Positions 8,734 through 21,129 of a stretch of 64,000 nt of DNA are shown piece by piece. The stretch comes from an uncultured Verrucomicrobiae bacterium (lineage in GTDB: Bacteria > Verrucomicrobiota > Verrucomicrobiia > Limisphaerales > Palsa-1400): assembly GCA_963702845.1 (NCBI GenBank), contig OY969763.1, forward strand, positions 2,816,001 through 2,880,000, in the 5' to 3' direction. Position numbers and translations under genes: made by a program. The notes beneath the pieces were generated by a model, which was given only the letters and a program-made list of their open reading frames with translations, made no database searches and was not told where the DNA came from. How positions within the stretch are numbered: position 1 is the first letter of the stretch; every line of letters begins with the position of its first letter.

Positions 8734-11700
8734 ATGATTCGAGTTCTCGCCAGCATCATTCTGCTTTTGTCCATTCGGGTTGCCACTGCCGCCCAAACGG
8801 ACGACCTCGAGTTTTTCGAAGAAACGGATCAGACCGGTCCTGGTCGCCCATTGCTATCCGTGCCACAGCGCAGATGCGAAAAAAGTAAAAGGCGGCTTGA
8901 AGCTCGATTCGCGGCAAGACCTGTTGAAGGGCGGAGAAAACGGACCGGTGATTGTGCCCGGCAATGCTGAATCGAGCCCGTTGATTGAAGCGGTGCGCTA
9001 CAAGAATCCAGACCTCAAGATGCCGCCTCCGAAACAGGGCAAGCTTTCGGACGAACAAATCGCGGACCTCATCGTCTGGATCAATTCAGGAGCGGCTTCC
9101 CCGGATTCGACTTCAATCTCCAACAAGACTCCCGCGAAGAAGCATTGGGCGTTTCAGCCAGTCAGCGCGCCAGCCATCCCACCAGTTAAAGACAAGAAAT
9201 GGATTACGACACCTATTGATTCATTCATTTTGGCAAAACTGGACAAACTTCAACCCAGTCCGCGCGCTGATCGCCGCACGCTGATTCGACGCGCCAGTTA
9301 TGACCTGACCGGGTTGCCGCCTACACCGGAAGAAGTGGATTTATTTATCAAAGACCGATCACCCAACGCCTACGAGAAATTGATAGATCGATTGCTGGCT
9401 TCGCCCTGTTACGGAGAACGTTGGGGCAGATATTGGCTCGATGTGGCGCGGTTCGCTGACACGAAAGGTTACGTTTACGCCGGGCGTGAGGAAACGAAGT
9501 TTGTCCAATCGTCGGCATATCGCGATTGGGTCGTCGGCGCGTTTAATGAAGACCTGCCTTACGACCAGTTTCTCAAATTGCAGATTGCGGCTGATCAAAT
9601 GGAGGCGGGACGCAATTCGCTCGCCGCCTTGGGTTATCTGACGATGGGACGGCGATTCCTCGGCGTGGTGCACGATATCATTGATGATCGCATCGATGTA
9701 ACGATGCGCGGAATGCAGGGGCTCACCGTCGGGTGCGCACGTTGTCATGACCACAAATTTGATCCCATTCCGACCAAGGACTACTACTCGCTTTACGGAG
9801 TATTCGCGGGTTGTTATGAGCGAACGGTCGCATTGGATGCGCCGTCGATTGCAGCGAAGGCGTTTCTCGAATACGAGACCGAACTCAAAAAACGGGAGGA
9901 TAAGTTTACTGCGACGTTCCATGACAAATGCGAAGAGCAGGCGAAACGATTTCGCGCGAAAACGACCGAATATCTGCACGGTGTTTTGAACGCGGAAAAG
10001 TTTGAGACGGAAGTATTTTATTCTTTTGTCACGGCTGACGACGTCAATCCGGTCGTCGTGCGGCAGTGGCAGAGCTATTTGCTTTCGAAGGCAAAAGAGG
10101 CACATCCAATTTGGGGGCTATGGCACAGCTACGTCGATGCGGCGAAAGCAAAAAAGCCGTTAAGTTCGGTAACGGTTTCAACCAATAAAACAAATCCGCT
10201 TGTTGCCCAGGCATTCAAGACGAATGCCCCGGCATCATTGCATGAATGGCCGACCGTTACGGCAAGTTACTGGTCGCCGCAGATAAGAAGTCGATGGAAG
10301 GCAAAACGCTATCGCCGGACGAAGAGGAATTGCGCCAGGTGCTTTACGGCCCGGATTCACCGGCCGTTGTTCCTCCGGGCGCGATTGTCGATATGGAATG
10401 GTATTTCGACGAACCGACGCGCGTGGAACTCGGCGGGTTGCAGGTGCAGATCGATCAATGGATGATTCAATCGCCGGGCTCGCCGCCTCACGCGGTCATC
10501 TTGGAAGATCGCGCCGTCCAAAAAAATCCGCATGTATTCAAGCGTGGCAATCCCGCTAACACAGGCGACGAAGTGCCTCGGCAATTTTTGGAAGTGTTGA
10601 GCGGGCCGAATCGCAAACCGTTTACTAAAGGCAGCGGTCGCTTGGAATTGGCTGAAGCCATCGGCAGCACAGAACAATCCTCTGACTGCGCGCGTGATGG
10701 TCAATCGTATTTGGCTCCACCACTTCGGTACAGGACTCGTTCGCACTCCGAGCGATTTCGGCACACGCAGCGAACCACCCAGCCATCCGGAACTGCTCGA
10801 TTGGCTCGCGCGTTATTTCATGGATAACGGCTGGTCGATGAAAAAGGTGCATCGACTCATCATGCTTTCGTCCGTTTACCAGCAACGAAGCGATGATCCG
10901 GAGGATGCCAAATGACGCTTCAGGTCGACCCGGAGAACAGGTTGCTCTCGCGCATGACTCGTCAACGGCTCGACTTCGAGGCCATGCGCGATTCGTTGCT
11001 CGCCGTTTCAGCGCAAATCGATTTGAAAGTCGGCGGGCCCAGCGAAGAGTTGTTTAAAGCGCCTTACAGCAAACGCCGTTCGGTTTACGGCTTCATCGAT
11101 CGCCAGTTTCTTGCCGGAGCCTATCGCGTTTTCGATTTTGCAAATCCGGACATGCATAGTCCGCAACGGGCGGAAACAACAGTGCCGCAACAGGCGTTGT
11201 TCCTGATGAACAGTCCGTTTGTGATTGAACAATCACGCGCGCTCGCCGCTCGTGGCAGTGGCAGTAATAAGGAAAAAATCAGCCAGCTCTATCGAATTGT
11301 TTTTCAACGGGAACCGACCAGCAAACAGTTGAATGCCGCCGTTGCATATATTAGTTCCGCCCAAAACGAAACGACGAACACGCAACCAAAACCTGTGCCA
11401 AGTGCATGGCAATATGGCTACGGGGTGTTTGATGAGTCCTCCAAAAAGTTGAAGTCGTTTACTGCCTTGCCCCATTACACTGAAGATGCGTGGCAAGGCG
11501 GGCCGACTTTGCCGGACGCAACGCTTGGTTGGGCACAACTGACCGCGACCGGTGGACATGCTGGCAATGACCCGCAACACGCCGTCATTCGTCGATGGGT
11601 TTCTCCAATCGATGGAACTGTTTCTGTGCAGGGAAAAATCGTTCACGAACGCCCAGCCGGCGAAGGCATCAAAGCCAAAATCATTTCCAGCCGGCACGGT

Positions 11701-12010
11701 TTGTTAAAGGAGTGGACGTTGCACAATAATTCTGCGGACGCGAACATTGGGTCGATCGAAGTTAAAACCGGCGACACGTTGGATTTTTACGTCAGCATCG
11801 CCGTCACACTGAACAGTAACGATTTCCTATGGTCGCCCGTCATTCAGGCGCAAGGCAAAGAGCTCCTCGACGCGAACGGCTACGCTAGAGAATGGAACGC
11901 CAAACGCGAATTCGGTGGCACGCCATCCACTACCCGGCAAACCACTGAGTCCTTTGGAGAAATACGCGCAAGTCCTGCTACTGGCGAACGAGTTTATGTT
12001 TGTGGATTGA
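8734..12010 (+). CDS. Planctomycete cytochrome c / DUF1549 / DUF1553 protein, broken by about 5 frameshifts
   Basis: [75 protein letters not shown], ending ANEFMFVD*. Frame changes near 8820, 10247, 10670, 10910 and 11935. Confidence 0.88.
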
Positions 12011-12038
12011 AAATATTCTAAGTGCTAGGATTAAACCA

Positions 12039-13478
12039 ATGTCCCACCACCAGCCACGATTGGAAGATGCGTTTCTGACGCGACGCCAGTTCCTGCGCCG
12101 ATGCGGCATGGGAATGGGCGCGGTGTCGCTGGCGGCATTGTTGGGTGAAACGGGAATTCTACCAGCCCACGCGGCCGAAGCCGTCAATCCCCTCGCCCCG
12201 AAGCTGCCGCACTTTCCAGCGAAGGCGAAACGGGTCGTTCATTTTTTCCTCAACGGCGGCCCATCACACGTCGACACGTTTGATCCAAAGCCGGCATTGG
12301 CAAAATACGCGGGCAAATCCTTGCCCGGCGAATACATCAAGACCGAACGCAAAACGGGCGCGGCATTTCCATCGCCGTTTAAATTTAAAAAATACGGCCA
12401 GAGCGGAATCGAAGTCAGCGAACTGTTGCCGCACCTCGGTGAGTGCGTTGATGACATGGCGGTGATTCGGTCGATGGTGGCCGAGGTGCCCAATCACGAG
12501 CCGTCGCTCATGTTGATGAATTGCGGTGATGCGGTGCAGAGCCGTCCGAGTTTCGGTTCGTGGACGACTTACGGGCTCGGCACGGAAAACCAAAATCTAC
12601 CCGGCTTTATTTCCATGTGTCCCGGTGGATATCCGGTGAAGGAAACGGATAATTGGCAGTCCGGTTTTCTTCCCGGCACCTATCAAGGTACCTACATCGA
12701 TTCGCAATTCACGAAAATCGAGAAGCTCATCGAAAACATTCGTAGCAATCAAACTTCGTTGACCGACCAGCGGCGGCAACTCGATTTGCTCCACCAGTTG
12801 AATGAAGAACACGAGGCGCGCCGCAAGCAAGATGCCCGTCTCGAAACGCGCATCCAGTCGTTCGAACTGGCCTACCGCATGCAGATGGACGCAGCCGATG
12901 CGTTCGATATCTCGAAGGAACCACGATCCATCCGCGACCTTTACGGGGACGGTGTTCATGGACGACAAACTTTAATCGCGCGCCGTTTGCTGGAGCGCGG
13001 AGTCCGTTTCATCCAACTCTGGCATGGGGCCGGCCAGCCCTGGGACAACCACACCAACATCGAAGCAGGTCATCGAAACCTTTGCAAAGAAATCGACCAG
13101 CCAGCCGCGGCTCTCATCAAAGACCTGAAACAACGCGGCATGTTGGAGGATACGTTGATCATCTTCGGCGGAGAATTCGGGCGCACCCCGACTGTCGAAC
13201 TAAACGCAGCGGGAAAGCCCGACAATGGCCGCGACCACAATCCATTTGGGTTCACCGTTTGCCTGGCTGGTGGCGGCGTACACGGTGGAACCATTTACGG
13301 AGCGACGGACGAGTTTGGTTTCAAGACTGTCGAAAACAAAGTCCACGTCCACGATCTCCACGCGACGTTATTACACTTACTCGGTTTCAACCACGAAAGA
13401 TTTACCTACCGCTACGCTGGTCGTGATTTCCGACTGACGGATGTTTACGGGCGCGTGGTCAAAGACATTCTGACGTAG
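12039..13478 (+). CDS. DUF1501 domain protein (Tat-like signal)
   Basis: TRRQFL, GGPSHVDTFDPKP, ARRLLERGVRF, EFGRTP, GRDHNP, RLTDV. Confidence 0.92.
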   Translation: MSHHQPRLEDAFLTRRQFLRRCGMGMGAVSLAALLGETGILPAHAAEAVNPLAPKLPHFPAKAKRVVHFFLNGGPSHVDTFDPKPALAKYAGKSLPGEYIKTERKTGAAFPSPFKFKKYGQSGIEVSELLPHLGECVDDMAVIRSMVAEVPNHEPSLMLMNCGDAVQSRPSFGSWTTYGLGTENQNLPGFISMCPGGYPVKETDNWQSGFLPGTYQGTYIDSQFTKIEKLIENIRSNQTSLTDQRRQLDLLHQLNEEHEARRKQDARLETRIQSFELAYRMQMDAADAFDISKEPRSIRDLYGDGVHGRQTLIARRLLERGVRFIQLWHGAGQPWDNHTNIEAGHRNLCKEIDQPAAALIKDLKQRGMLEDTLIIFGGEFGRTPTVELNAAGKPDNGRDHNPFGFTVCLAGGGVHGGTIYGATDEFGFKTVENKVHVHDLHATLLHLLGFNHERFTYRYAGRDFRLTDVYGRVVKDILT

Positions 13479-13504
13479 TTGAAGCGGCATAATGCCGCGC
13501 TTCC

Positions 13505-13918
13505 TTACTGGCCCTGACGGCGGCGCTTGACGTTGAGTTGCGTGATCGAATGGGCCAGAGCAGCGGAGACGGTGGCGGTTTCTTCGTCGCCTAAATGTTC
13601 GGCCAAACGAGCTTCAGCGCGTTTGCGCGCTTCTTCTGCTTGCGCCTCGTCAATGCTTTCAGCGCGGATCGCCATGTCGGTCAACACGGCGACGCGGTCG
13701 CCGGTGATTTCAACGAACCCTTCACCCACGGCCAGAAAGGAATCCTGACCGTTTTTGCGGATGATGAGTTCGCCGTTCACCAATTGGGTCATCAATGGGA
13801 CGTGATTCGGGTAGATACCCATTTCACCGTCCACGCCGGGCAAGGTGACCATTTCGACGTCGTCAGAATAGGTCTTTGCGTCCGGCGTGACGATTTCCAG
13901 TTTTAAAGTATTGGCCAT
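13505..13918 (-). CDS. atpC: F1F0 ATP synthase epsilon subunit
   Basis: LEIVTPD, GEMGIYPNHVP, GFVEI. Confidence 0.97.
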   Translation of the reverse strand: MANTLKLEIVTPDAKTYSDDVEMVTLPGVDGEMGIYPNHVPLMTQLVNGELIIRKNGQDSFLAVGEGFVEITGDRVAVLTDMAIRAESIDEAQAEEARKRAEARLAEHLGDEETATVSAALAHSITQLNVKRRRQGQ

Positions 13919-13941
13919 CGACTAGTTGATCCTTGAAGCGA

Positions 13942-15666
<1,725 letters not shown>

Positions 15667-15690
15667 TTAAAAATTTTTTGCGCAAAAAGT

Positions 15691-15750
15691 GCGGCCAAAC
15701 AGGGGCAAAGACTGCCAATTAGTGCCAGAGACGGCCAAAGAGCGCCTTGG
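15691..15750. repeat. Six degenerate 10-bp phased repeats next to an A/T tract
   Basis: gcggccaaac aggggcaaag actgccaatt agtgccagag acggccaaag agcgccttgg. Confidence 0.55.
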
Positions 15751-16517
15751 GCTGTGGGCTGAAACTGCCATTTGTGATGAGGGAGAAAACAGCCGATGAA
15801 TTCACCACAGGGGCACAGAGACTCAGAGATTGCTGGGAAGGAGGCGCTGATCGCCTGATGAAATATGTCAACACCATGGAATCGACTCGTAAATGGACTG
15901 ACCCGTAGATGAGGTTGTTGGCGTCGTTGATGTTCATAATAAAAAAAGAATCCTTTTTTTGGTGTCCGCAGGCGGACTGGTGATTGATTGGATTGAGGAT
16001 TTTGGTGCTCGGTTTTGGTCGCGGTCAGCCACGAGTTTATGGTTGTTTTCTTCATGTTGTATCGTTCGCATAACACGACCGATTGTGACATAAAGTAGCT
16101 ACGCGTCAAAAAATGTAGGGAAAGGAGGGAAACCAGGGAAAGAAATGATAGTTTTAGTTAGAAAAAGGCGGGGGTGGCATGGAAGCTGAGTCAATGTAAA
16201 GGCACAGCGCGGCCAAGCCGCAACCCAAGTCGAGGGGTCGAAGGTCGAAAGTCGAGAGCCAAAAGGGAGCCTATAGCCAATTGGAAAACTTTTGCCAAAA
16301 ATGCGCAACTTTTCCAGATAGCACTAGGATTTGAAACAGGGATCGGAGAAACCACAGAGATACAGAGGTTGTTGGAGTCGAATATAGCCATCCCTGCCTG
16401 CTTTCGGTTGACTGCCCACATTCAGAGGTCCAGCATCAATCAACACGCGACTTAACCTGCAAATCGGCTAATATGGCCAAAACAACTTTATAATCAGTGA
16501 TTAGGCCTTCGCGCGCT

Positions 16518-17132
16518 ATGAGAGCTATTGCAGCATTTCTTCTTCTCGCCGCATGTCATTTGTGTTGTGCGAGCGGCGACACGAATATCATCGCAATGAG
16601 TGATTGGTCGAAGCCCGTCGACACGACGGATGATAGTCTTCGCGTTCGAATGATTGCGGCCTACGGACGTGGACCGGGATTCGGAGGCCCGCACGACGAG
16701 ACGCAGTTCTATTTGGAGTTTCAGAACGTTTCAGGCCCTATCATTTCACCGACTCAGTTTTATTTTGATCCTTCCCGTGGCTTGCGATGCGTGATGAAGG
16801 ACGCCAATGGCAACACGGTGCCTGCTGGTGGAAGTGGCAGCGGCGGCGGCGCTGGCGCGTGTTGGATCACCTTACCGTATGATTCCACGATTCGGCTGCG
16901 CGCCAATATGTTTGGCTACGGCACTAAGCGCGGTGCGGGTTTGATTCTAACTTTGTATCCACCTTATGCATGGGAGTTCAGAGCTGGAGACACCAACAGT
17001 TACTATCTGTCAGGCACGTTTACTGTAACCACGCCGACGAATTTCGTTCCGAAGGATTTCGAGGCTGCTCGTGCTGTGTGGAGTGGCACGCTACAGTTGC
17101 CCAGAATGAAAATTACAGTTCCAAAACCATGA
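16518..17132 (+). CDS. Cassette A1: secreted hypothetical protein
   Basis: Signal peptide; lies between ATTAGGC (16500) and an attC. Confidence 0.75.
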   Translation: MRAIAAFLLLAACHLCCASGDTNIIAMSDWSKPVDTTDDSLRVRMIAAYGRGPGFGGPHDETQFYLEFQNVSGPIISPTQFYFDPSRGLRCVMKDANGNTVPAGGSGSGGGAGACWITLPYDSTIRLRANMFGYGTKRGAGLILTLYPPYAWEFRAGDTNSYYLSGTFTVTTPTNFVPKDFEAARAVWSGTLQLPRMKITVPKP

Positions 17133-17136
17133 CGTT

Positions 17137-17235
17137 GGCTAACAAGGTGCTCGAGCCAACGTCGGTCTGCGTTGGCAGTTCCGCTTTCGCGGTTGACACT
17201 GGGTGCTCGGCGTGGCTCAGCTTGACTCGTTAGAC
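17137..17235 (+). other. attC site
   Basis: GGCTAAC...GAGCC...GGCTCAGC...GTTAGAC imperfect palindrome. Confidence 0.85.
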
Positions 17236-17245
17236 CACATCAAAT

Positions 17246-17692
17246 ATGGACATGCCTACACCGCCAAAAACGACATCGTTCTCACATCAGGCAGCCAAGC
17301 TCAGTTGGGTTTGCCCCATCATCGTCTTCGTGCTTTTGATGTTCACTAGGCAGATTGGCGCGCGAGTGATTATTGAGATGGTTGCACTTTTACTCATCGT
17401 CGTCGGTCTGGTTTTCGGCATCTTCGCTTTGTTCGGGATTTCCAAGCACGGCACGAAGGGCATCCTCGCACCAGCCATTGTCGGCATCATTGTTAACGGA
17501 CTGTTGCTTTTCATTTTTGTCACGAACTTCATGGCGGCGAGAGCCAGAGCGCAGCAGCACACGAGCATTGAGGCTTCGCCAGTCGTAACCGTGTGTTCTA
17601 ACAAGTCGCTGGAGCCAACCTCCGTTGCCGCTGCCAGTTCCGCTGTCGCGGTTCACGGCACGAGTCGACGGTGGCTCAGCTTTCTATGTTAG
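17246..17692 (+). CDS. Cassette A2: 3-TM membrane protein whose ORF reads through its attC
   Basis: Three hydrophobic segments; the stop is the TAG of GTTAGGC. Confidence 0.75.
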   Translation: MDMPTPPKTTSFSHQAAKLSWVCPIIVFVLLMFTRQIGARVIIEMVALLLIVVGLVFGIFALFGISKHGTKGILAPAIVGIIVNGLLLFIFVTNFMAARARAQQHTSIEASPVVTVCSNKSLEPTSVAAASSAVAVHGTSRRWLSFLC

Positions 17693-17694
17693 GC
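17596..17694 (+). other. attC site
   Basis: TTCTAAC...GAGCC...GGCTCAGC...GTTAGGC. Confidence 0.85.
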
Positions 17695-17708
17695 ATCATT
17701 CACGCGCC

Positions 17709-18371
17709 ATGAGTATAGAAGCAACAATGGTCAGCTACTACGCGGAGCGAGCCGCAGAATATGAGCGCATTTATCACAAGCCGGAGCGTCAGGCTGACTT
17801 GCGGCAGTTGCGCATTTTTGTCGAGCGCACGTTTGCTGGTGCTGATGTTTTCGAGTTGGCCTGCGGCACAGGTTACTGGACGGAGATTTTATCGCGCACG
17901 GCTGCATCGGTTGTTGCCACGGACATCAACGAGGAGGTTCTGGCGATTGCCCGTTCCAAGCCCATTGATACTCGCAAGGCGACTTTTCGCATAGCGGACG
18001 CTTATCATTTGCCGGACTCCATACAGAGTTTTACCAGTGGTTTATCGGTTTTCTGGTGGTCTCATGTTCCGAAGGCGAGGCTGCGTGGTTTTTTGCGGGG
18101 CTTCCACCGCATTTTTGCACCCGGTGCGCGGATCGTATTCATCGAGAATTGTTACGCCGAGGGAAGCAGCACGTCGATTTCTCGCACCGATGAGCACGGT
18201 GACACATATCAGTTACGACGGTTGGATGACGGCAGCACACACGAGGTTCTCAAGAATTTCCCGACAGAGTCAGAGTTACGTGCCACCGTGGAAGGGTTAG
18301 CATCAGATGTGCAGGTTGAGTTTCTTGAGTATTATTGGATTTTGAGTTATGTGCCAAGAACTGACGCCTAA
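17709..18371 (+). CDS. Cassette A3: class I SAM-dependent methyltransferase
   Basis: VFELACGTGYWT, TDINEE, ADAY, FWWSHVP. Confidence 0.9.
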   Translation: MSIEATMVSYYAERAAEYERIYHKPERQADLRQLRIFVERTFAGADVFELACGTGYWTEILSRTAASVVATDINEEVLAIARSKPIDTRKATFRIADAYHLPDSIQSFTSGLSVFWWSHVPKARLRGFLRGFHRIFAPGARIVFIENCYAEGSSTSISRTDEHGDTYQLRRLDDGSTHEVLKNFPTESELRATVEGLASDVQVEFLEYYWILSYVPRTDA

Positions 18372-18487
18372 CCAGAGCGCTCCAGCCATTAGCCGCCGCA
18401 CTTGGCTTTTCGCTCGCCGTTGGTATTCTGTTGTCACTGATTTCGGCTGCGTCCAGCCTCGGCGGCTGTGGCTGAGCTGAACACGTT
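18366..18487 (+). other. attC site interrupted in its core by IS110
   Basis: GCCTAAC...CAGCC...GGCTGAGC...GTT|IS|AGAC (20285-20288). Confidence 0.8.
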
Positions 18488-18589
18488 GATATGGCTCTCT
18501 GATTGTCAAGTGGGCAGTGCGATTCGGTTTCCGTTTTTTCACGGTTTTTTCTTTCCGGCATTGAGCAATGGACTGTTGGGTTGGCAGAA

Positions 18590-18790
18590 GCGGCAATCAA
18601 CGACGGTTGATCCTGCTGATATGCGTGAGTTCACCCCGCTCTTGCAACGCAAGTGCTGGGCTTATCGACCTGACCACGGTTCGAGTCGCGGCGCTTCCTC
18701 TCTCTAGGCACGAGGGTTCGTTCGCAAGGAACTTCCTCTTAACACTCACGAGGGTTCGCCTAACCGAGCTGCTCTCTGCCAACTCATCAA
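18590..18790 (-). ncRNA. Candidate bridge/seek RNA in the downstream noncoding region of the IS
   Basis: About 470 nt of noncoding sequence downstream of the transposase; contains CATATCAG, identical to the predicted circle junction. Limits approximate. Confidence 0.45.
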
Positions 18791-18956
18791 TCCACTGCAA
18801 AGTTAAAGTTTTTTTATTTGTTCGGTTTTGCCCAGCGATTCGACCGGGTGAGCGCAGCGGCAGCGTAGCGAGAGCTGGCGCGATAGCGCTTCGGCTCACG
18901 TGCTCATCAGCAGTTGGTTTGCTGATAATCGGTTCGTGCCACTTCATTCTTAAATG

Positions 18957-20138
18957 TTATTTTTTATAAGTTCGGGTTGGATTCAGTTTGTAAACGCGGC
19001 CGCGGCAAGTCCGGATAATTTCCGGCGCAGCTGGTTTTTGCGGCGCTTTGATCTGGCAGGCGATGGCCCAGACAAAGCCGGTCAGTTCCCGCGCAATGGC
19101 CGTGACCACCACCACGCTCTTTTTACGAACCGATAGGAAGCGGAACCGTTTATGCAGTCGCTGTTGAGCTTTCCATGCGATCAAGCGGACTTCTTTGCTT
19201 TGTTTTTCCTGTCGTTTTTGCATGGCCTCGCTGACCTGCGGTTTGAGACGGTAATGCCAGGACGCTTCGGTGAGGACGCGCCGGCAGTGGGTGTTGCCGC
19301 ATTTAGTAATCCCACCTTGGCTGCGTTTTCCGCCGCTGCTGTGCTCGCAGGAAGTCAGTCCAAAAAAACTCATCAGCTGCCGCGGCTCAGTAAAGCGGGT
19401 CATGTCCCCAGCCTCAGCCACCAAAGTCATCCCGTTGAGCACTTGCACCCCACGCAAGCTCATCAGCCCGCGCACCACCGGTTCCCATTTCCAGCCCGAC
19501 AAAGAGTTTTCCACTGCTTGAGTCAGTCGTTCCAGTCGCTGGCTGGCGTCGTCGATCGTATGAATGCATTCCTGAAAGACGATTTGCTGCGCCGGTTGCG
19601 GCATGAGCAAGCCGGAGAGATAACGCTTGTGCGCATCGTTCCAACTGGTCTTGCCGCTGTAACGAAAACCCAGTCGCAACAAAAAGCCTTTCAAACGATT
19701 TCGGGCCTGGCGCTGGTCACACACCGCCGCAGTGCGGGCCCGGATCAAATCGCGGATAGCTTCATCCTCCTGATCAGGCACGTAGATGGCCCTCAGTTCT
19801 CCCGCCCGATAAAGACGGGCCAGTTGCTCGGCATCACGCCGATCAGTCTTCACCCGGTCGGAAGCCTTTTTGGGAATGAGCGAAGGCGACACCACATCGC
19901 ATTGGATGCCTTTGCTTTTAAGATAGCGATGAATGACAAAGCCGCAGGGACCCGCTTCGTAAACAAAACGCAGTTCAATGTTTTGTGCAGATAGTTTTTT
20001 GACGAGCTTTTCGACGGCTTCAAGGGCTCCGCCGATGATGCCGTAGGAACGGACCTCGGTGGTATCCTGCGGCGCGATGGCCACGGCAATAGTTTCTTTG
20101 TGGACGTCCAGACCGAGGTAATGCACGATTTTATTCAT
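18957..20138 (-). CDS. IS110-family DEDD recombinase
   Basis: GLDVHKE, YEAGPCG, KTDRRDA, GLTSCEHSSG, ITKCGN, AIAREL. Confidence 0.95.
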   Translation of the reverse strand: MNKIVHYLGLDVHKETIAVAIAPQDTTEVRSYGIIGGALEAVEKLVKKLSAQNIELRFVYEAGPCGFVIHRYLKSKGIQCDVVSPSLIPKKASDRVKTDRRDAEQLARLYRAGELRAIYVPDQEDEAIRDLIRARTAAVCDQRQARNRLKGFLLRLGFRYSGKTSWNDAHKRYLSGLLMPQPAQQIVFQECIHTIDDASQRLERLTQAVENSLSGWKWEPVVRGLMSLRGVQVLNGMTLVAEAGDMTRFTEPRQLMSFFGLTSCEHSSGGKRSQGGITKCGNTHCRRVLTEASWHYRLKPQVSEAMQKRQEKQSKEVRLIAWKAQQRLHKRFRFLSVRKKSVVVVTAIARELTGFVWAIACQIKAPQKPAAPEIIRTCRGRVYKLNPTRTYKK

Positions 20139-20303
20139 GGGTGTTTGGTTTCTTTCATTGATGCTGAATCAGCCCCGACCCGCCGTCGGGACTCTCATAT
20201 TGCGGATAGGTCGGCACACGCCGATAACCCGCGTAACACCGAGATCAAACACCCATCTGACTTTCTCGTTAAGCCATATGGTCTAGACTGCTTCGCACCT
20301 GCG

Positions 20304-20433
20304 CTACGCACTCCACTTCCAATCGCGGATCTCCGGCATGTCGTCGCCGTGCTCGCGGATGTAATGATTGTGTTCCATGAGTTTGTTTTGGATGGCCTGT
20401 TTGGCGTAGGCAGCCCGCGCGCCCAGTTGCGGG
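20304..20433 (-). pseudogene. xfp: Phosphoketolase 3'-end fragment
   Basis: PQLGARAAYAKQAIQNKLMEHNHYIREHGDDMPEIRDWKWSA* resembles the XFP C-terminus. Confidence 0.75.
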
Positions 20434-20444
20434 TCAAGCGCGAT

Positions 20445-20557
20445 TTGTTGCGCTTGATTCGCAGCGGCAGCAGAACAATAGTCTCCTCAACCAATATGAA
20501 CCAACCGTTCGTATATCAAAATTACCTCGACACCCCGTCGCATAATCATAGTTCGAC
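20445..20557 (+). repeat. Leader plus attI-like site type 1 (copy at 34994-35105)
   Basis: About 105 bp near-identical block ending cgtcGCATAATcataGTTCGAC. Confidence 0.7.
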
Positions 20558-20566
20558 CCAATAGCT

Positions 20567-21112
20567 ATGCTTCGAGAAGCCGCACTCGAATATTTGAAGG
20601 CCAGGAACGCGAAGCCTAGTGAAACGGTTCAGTTGGGTTGGTTTGTCTTCCGGATAATCGCGACTGACCAGGGGCTTGACCTTGAGACATTAGACTTTAA
20701 GGCACTCGCCTCGTTTACTACAGATTTTGAAATTCCTGAGCGTGTTCATTGGGCTCAACAAGAGACGTTACGGCGTCTCGGTGCTTCGGCTATGGCTTGT
20801 ACGTTGAGCCAGCCAGCTCTTGTCAGTCGGTCGTATTCGCCCGGATCGAAACAGGCTTTCATCGAGCGCGGTCAGCTGACAAGCCAGTCCGATTCAGGCT
20901 GGTATGTCGGCGTCCTTGGCGACACATTGGATATGAGACTCGCTAGTTCTTTCGTCCACCAGTCGCTTTACGAGTTGTCTATTCGTGATCAGCGACTGGT
21001 CAGGTTTTGGCTGTTACCGGTCGGCTACCGTGTCTTTTTTGGTGACGATGAACCGAGAATCGAAAGGGTCGAACCAGACGGTGCAGCGAATGCGGCTTCG
21101 CCGCATCGCTGA
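20567..21112 (+). CDS. Cassette A4: Imm33/DUF2185-like hypothetical protein
   Basis: SDSGWYVG and FWLLPVGYRV motifs; bounded by the complementary cores GTTCGAC and GTCGAAC. Confidence 0.65.
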   Translation: MLREAALEYLKARNAKPSETVQLGWFVFRIIATDQGLDLETLDFKALASFTTDFEIPERVHWAQQETLRRLGASAMACTLSQPALVSRSYSPGSKQAFIERGQLTSQSDSGWYVGVLGDTLDMRLASSFVHQSLYELSIRDQRLVRFWLLPVGYRVFFGDDEPRIERVEPDGAANAASPHR

Positions 21113-21126
21113 CATCTTCGTTAGGC
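21068..21126 (+). other. Short (59 bp) attC site
   Basis: GTCGAAC...CAGCGAATGCGGCTTCGCCGCATCGCTG...GTTAGGC. Confidence 0.85.
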
Positions 21127-21129
21127 CAC

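Larger units (their letters stand above)
18488..20284 (-). mobile_element. IS110/IS1111-family insertion sequence
   Basis: Subterminal IR ATATGGCT (18489-18496) / AGCCATAT (20272-20279); outward TTGACA at 18504-18509; removing the element restores GTTAGAC. Confidence 0.85.

Noticed and set aside
20496..20512. LexA box in the type 1 leader (GAAC-N5-GTTC)
   Set aside because: Spacing and orientation match neither GAAC-N4-GTTC nor TGTTC-N4-GAACA.
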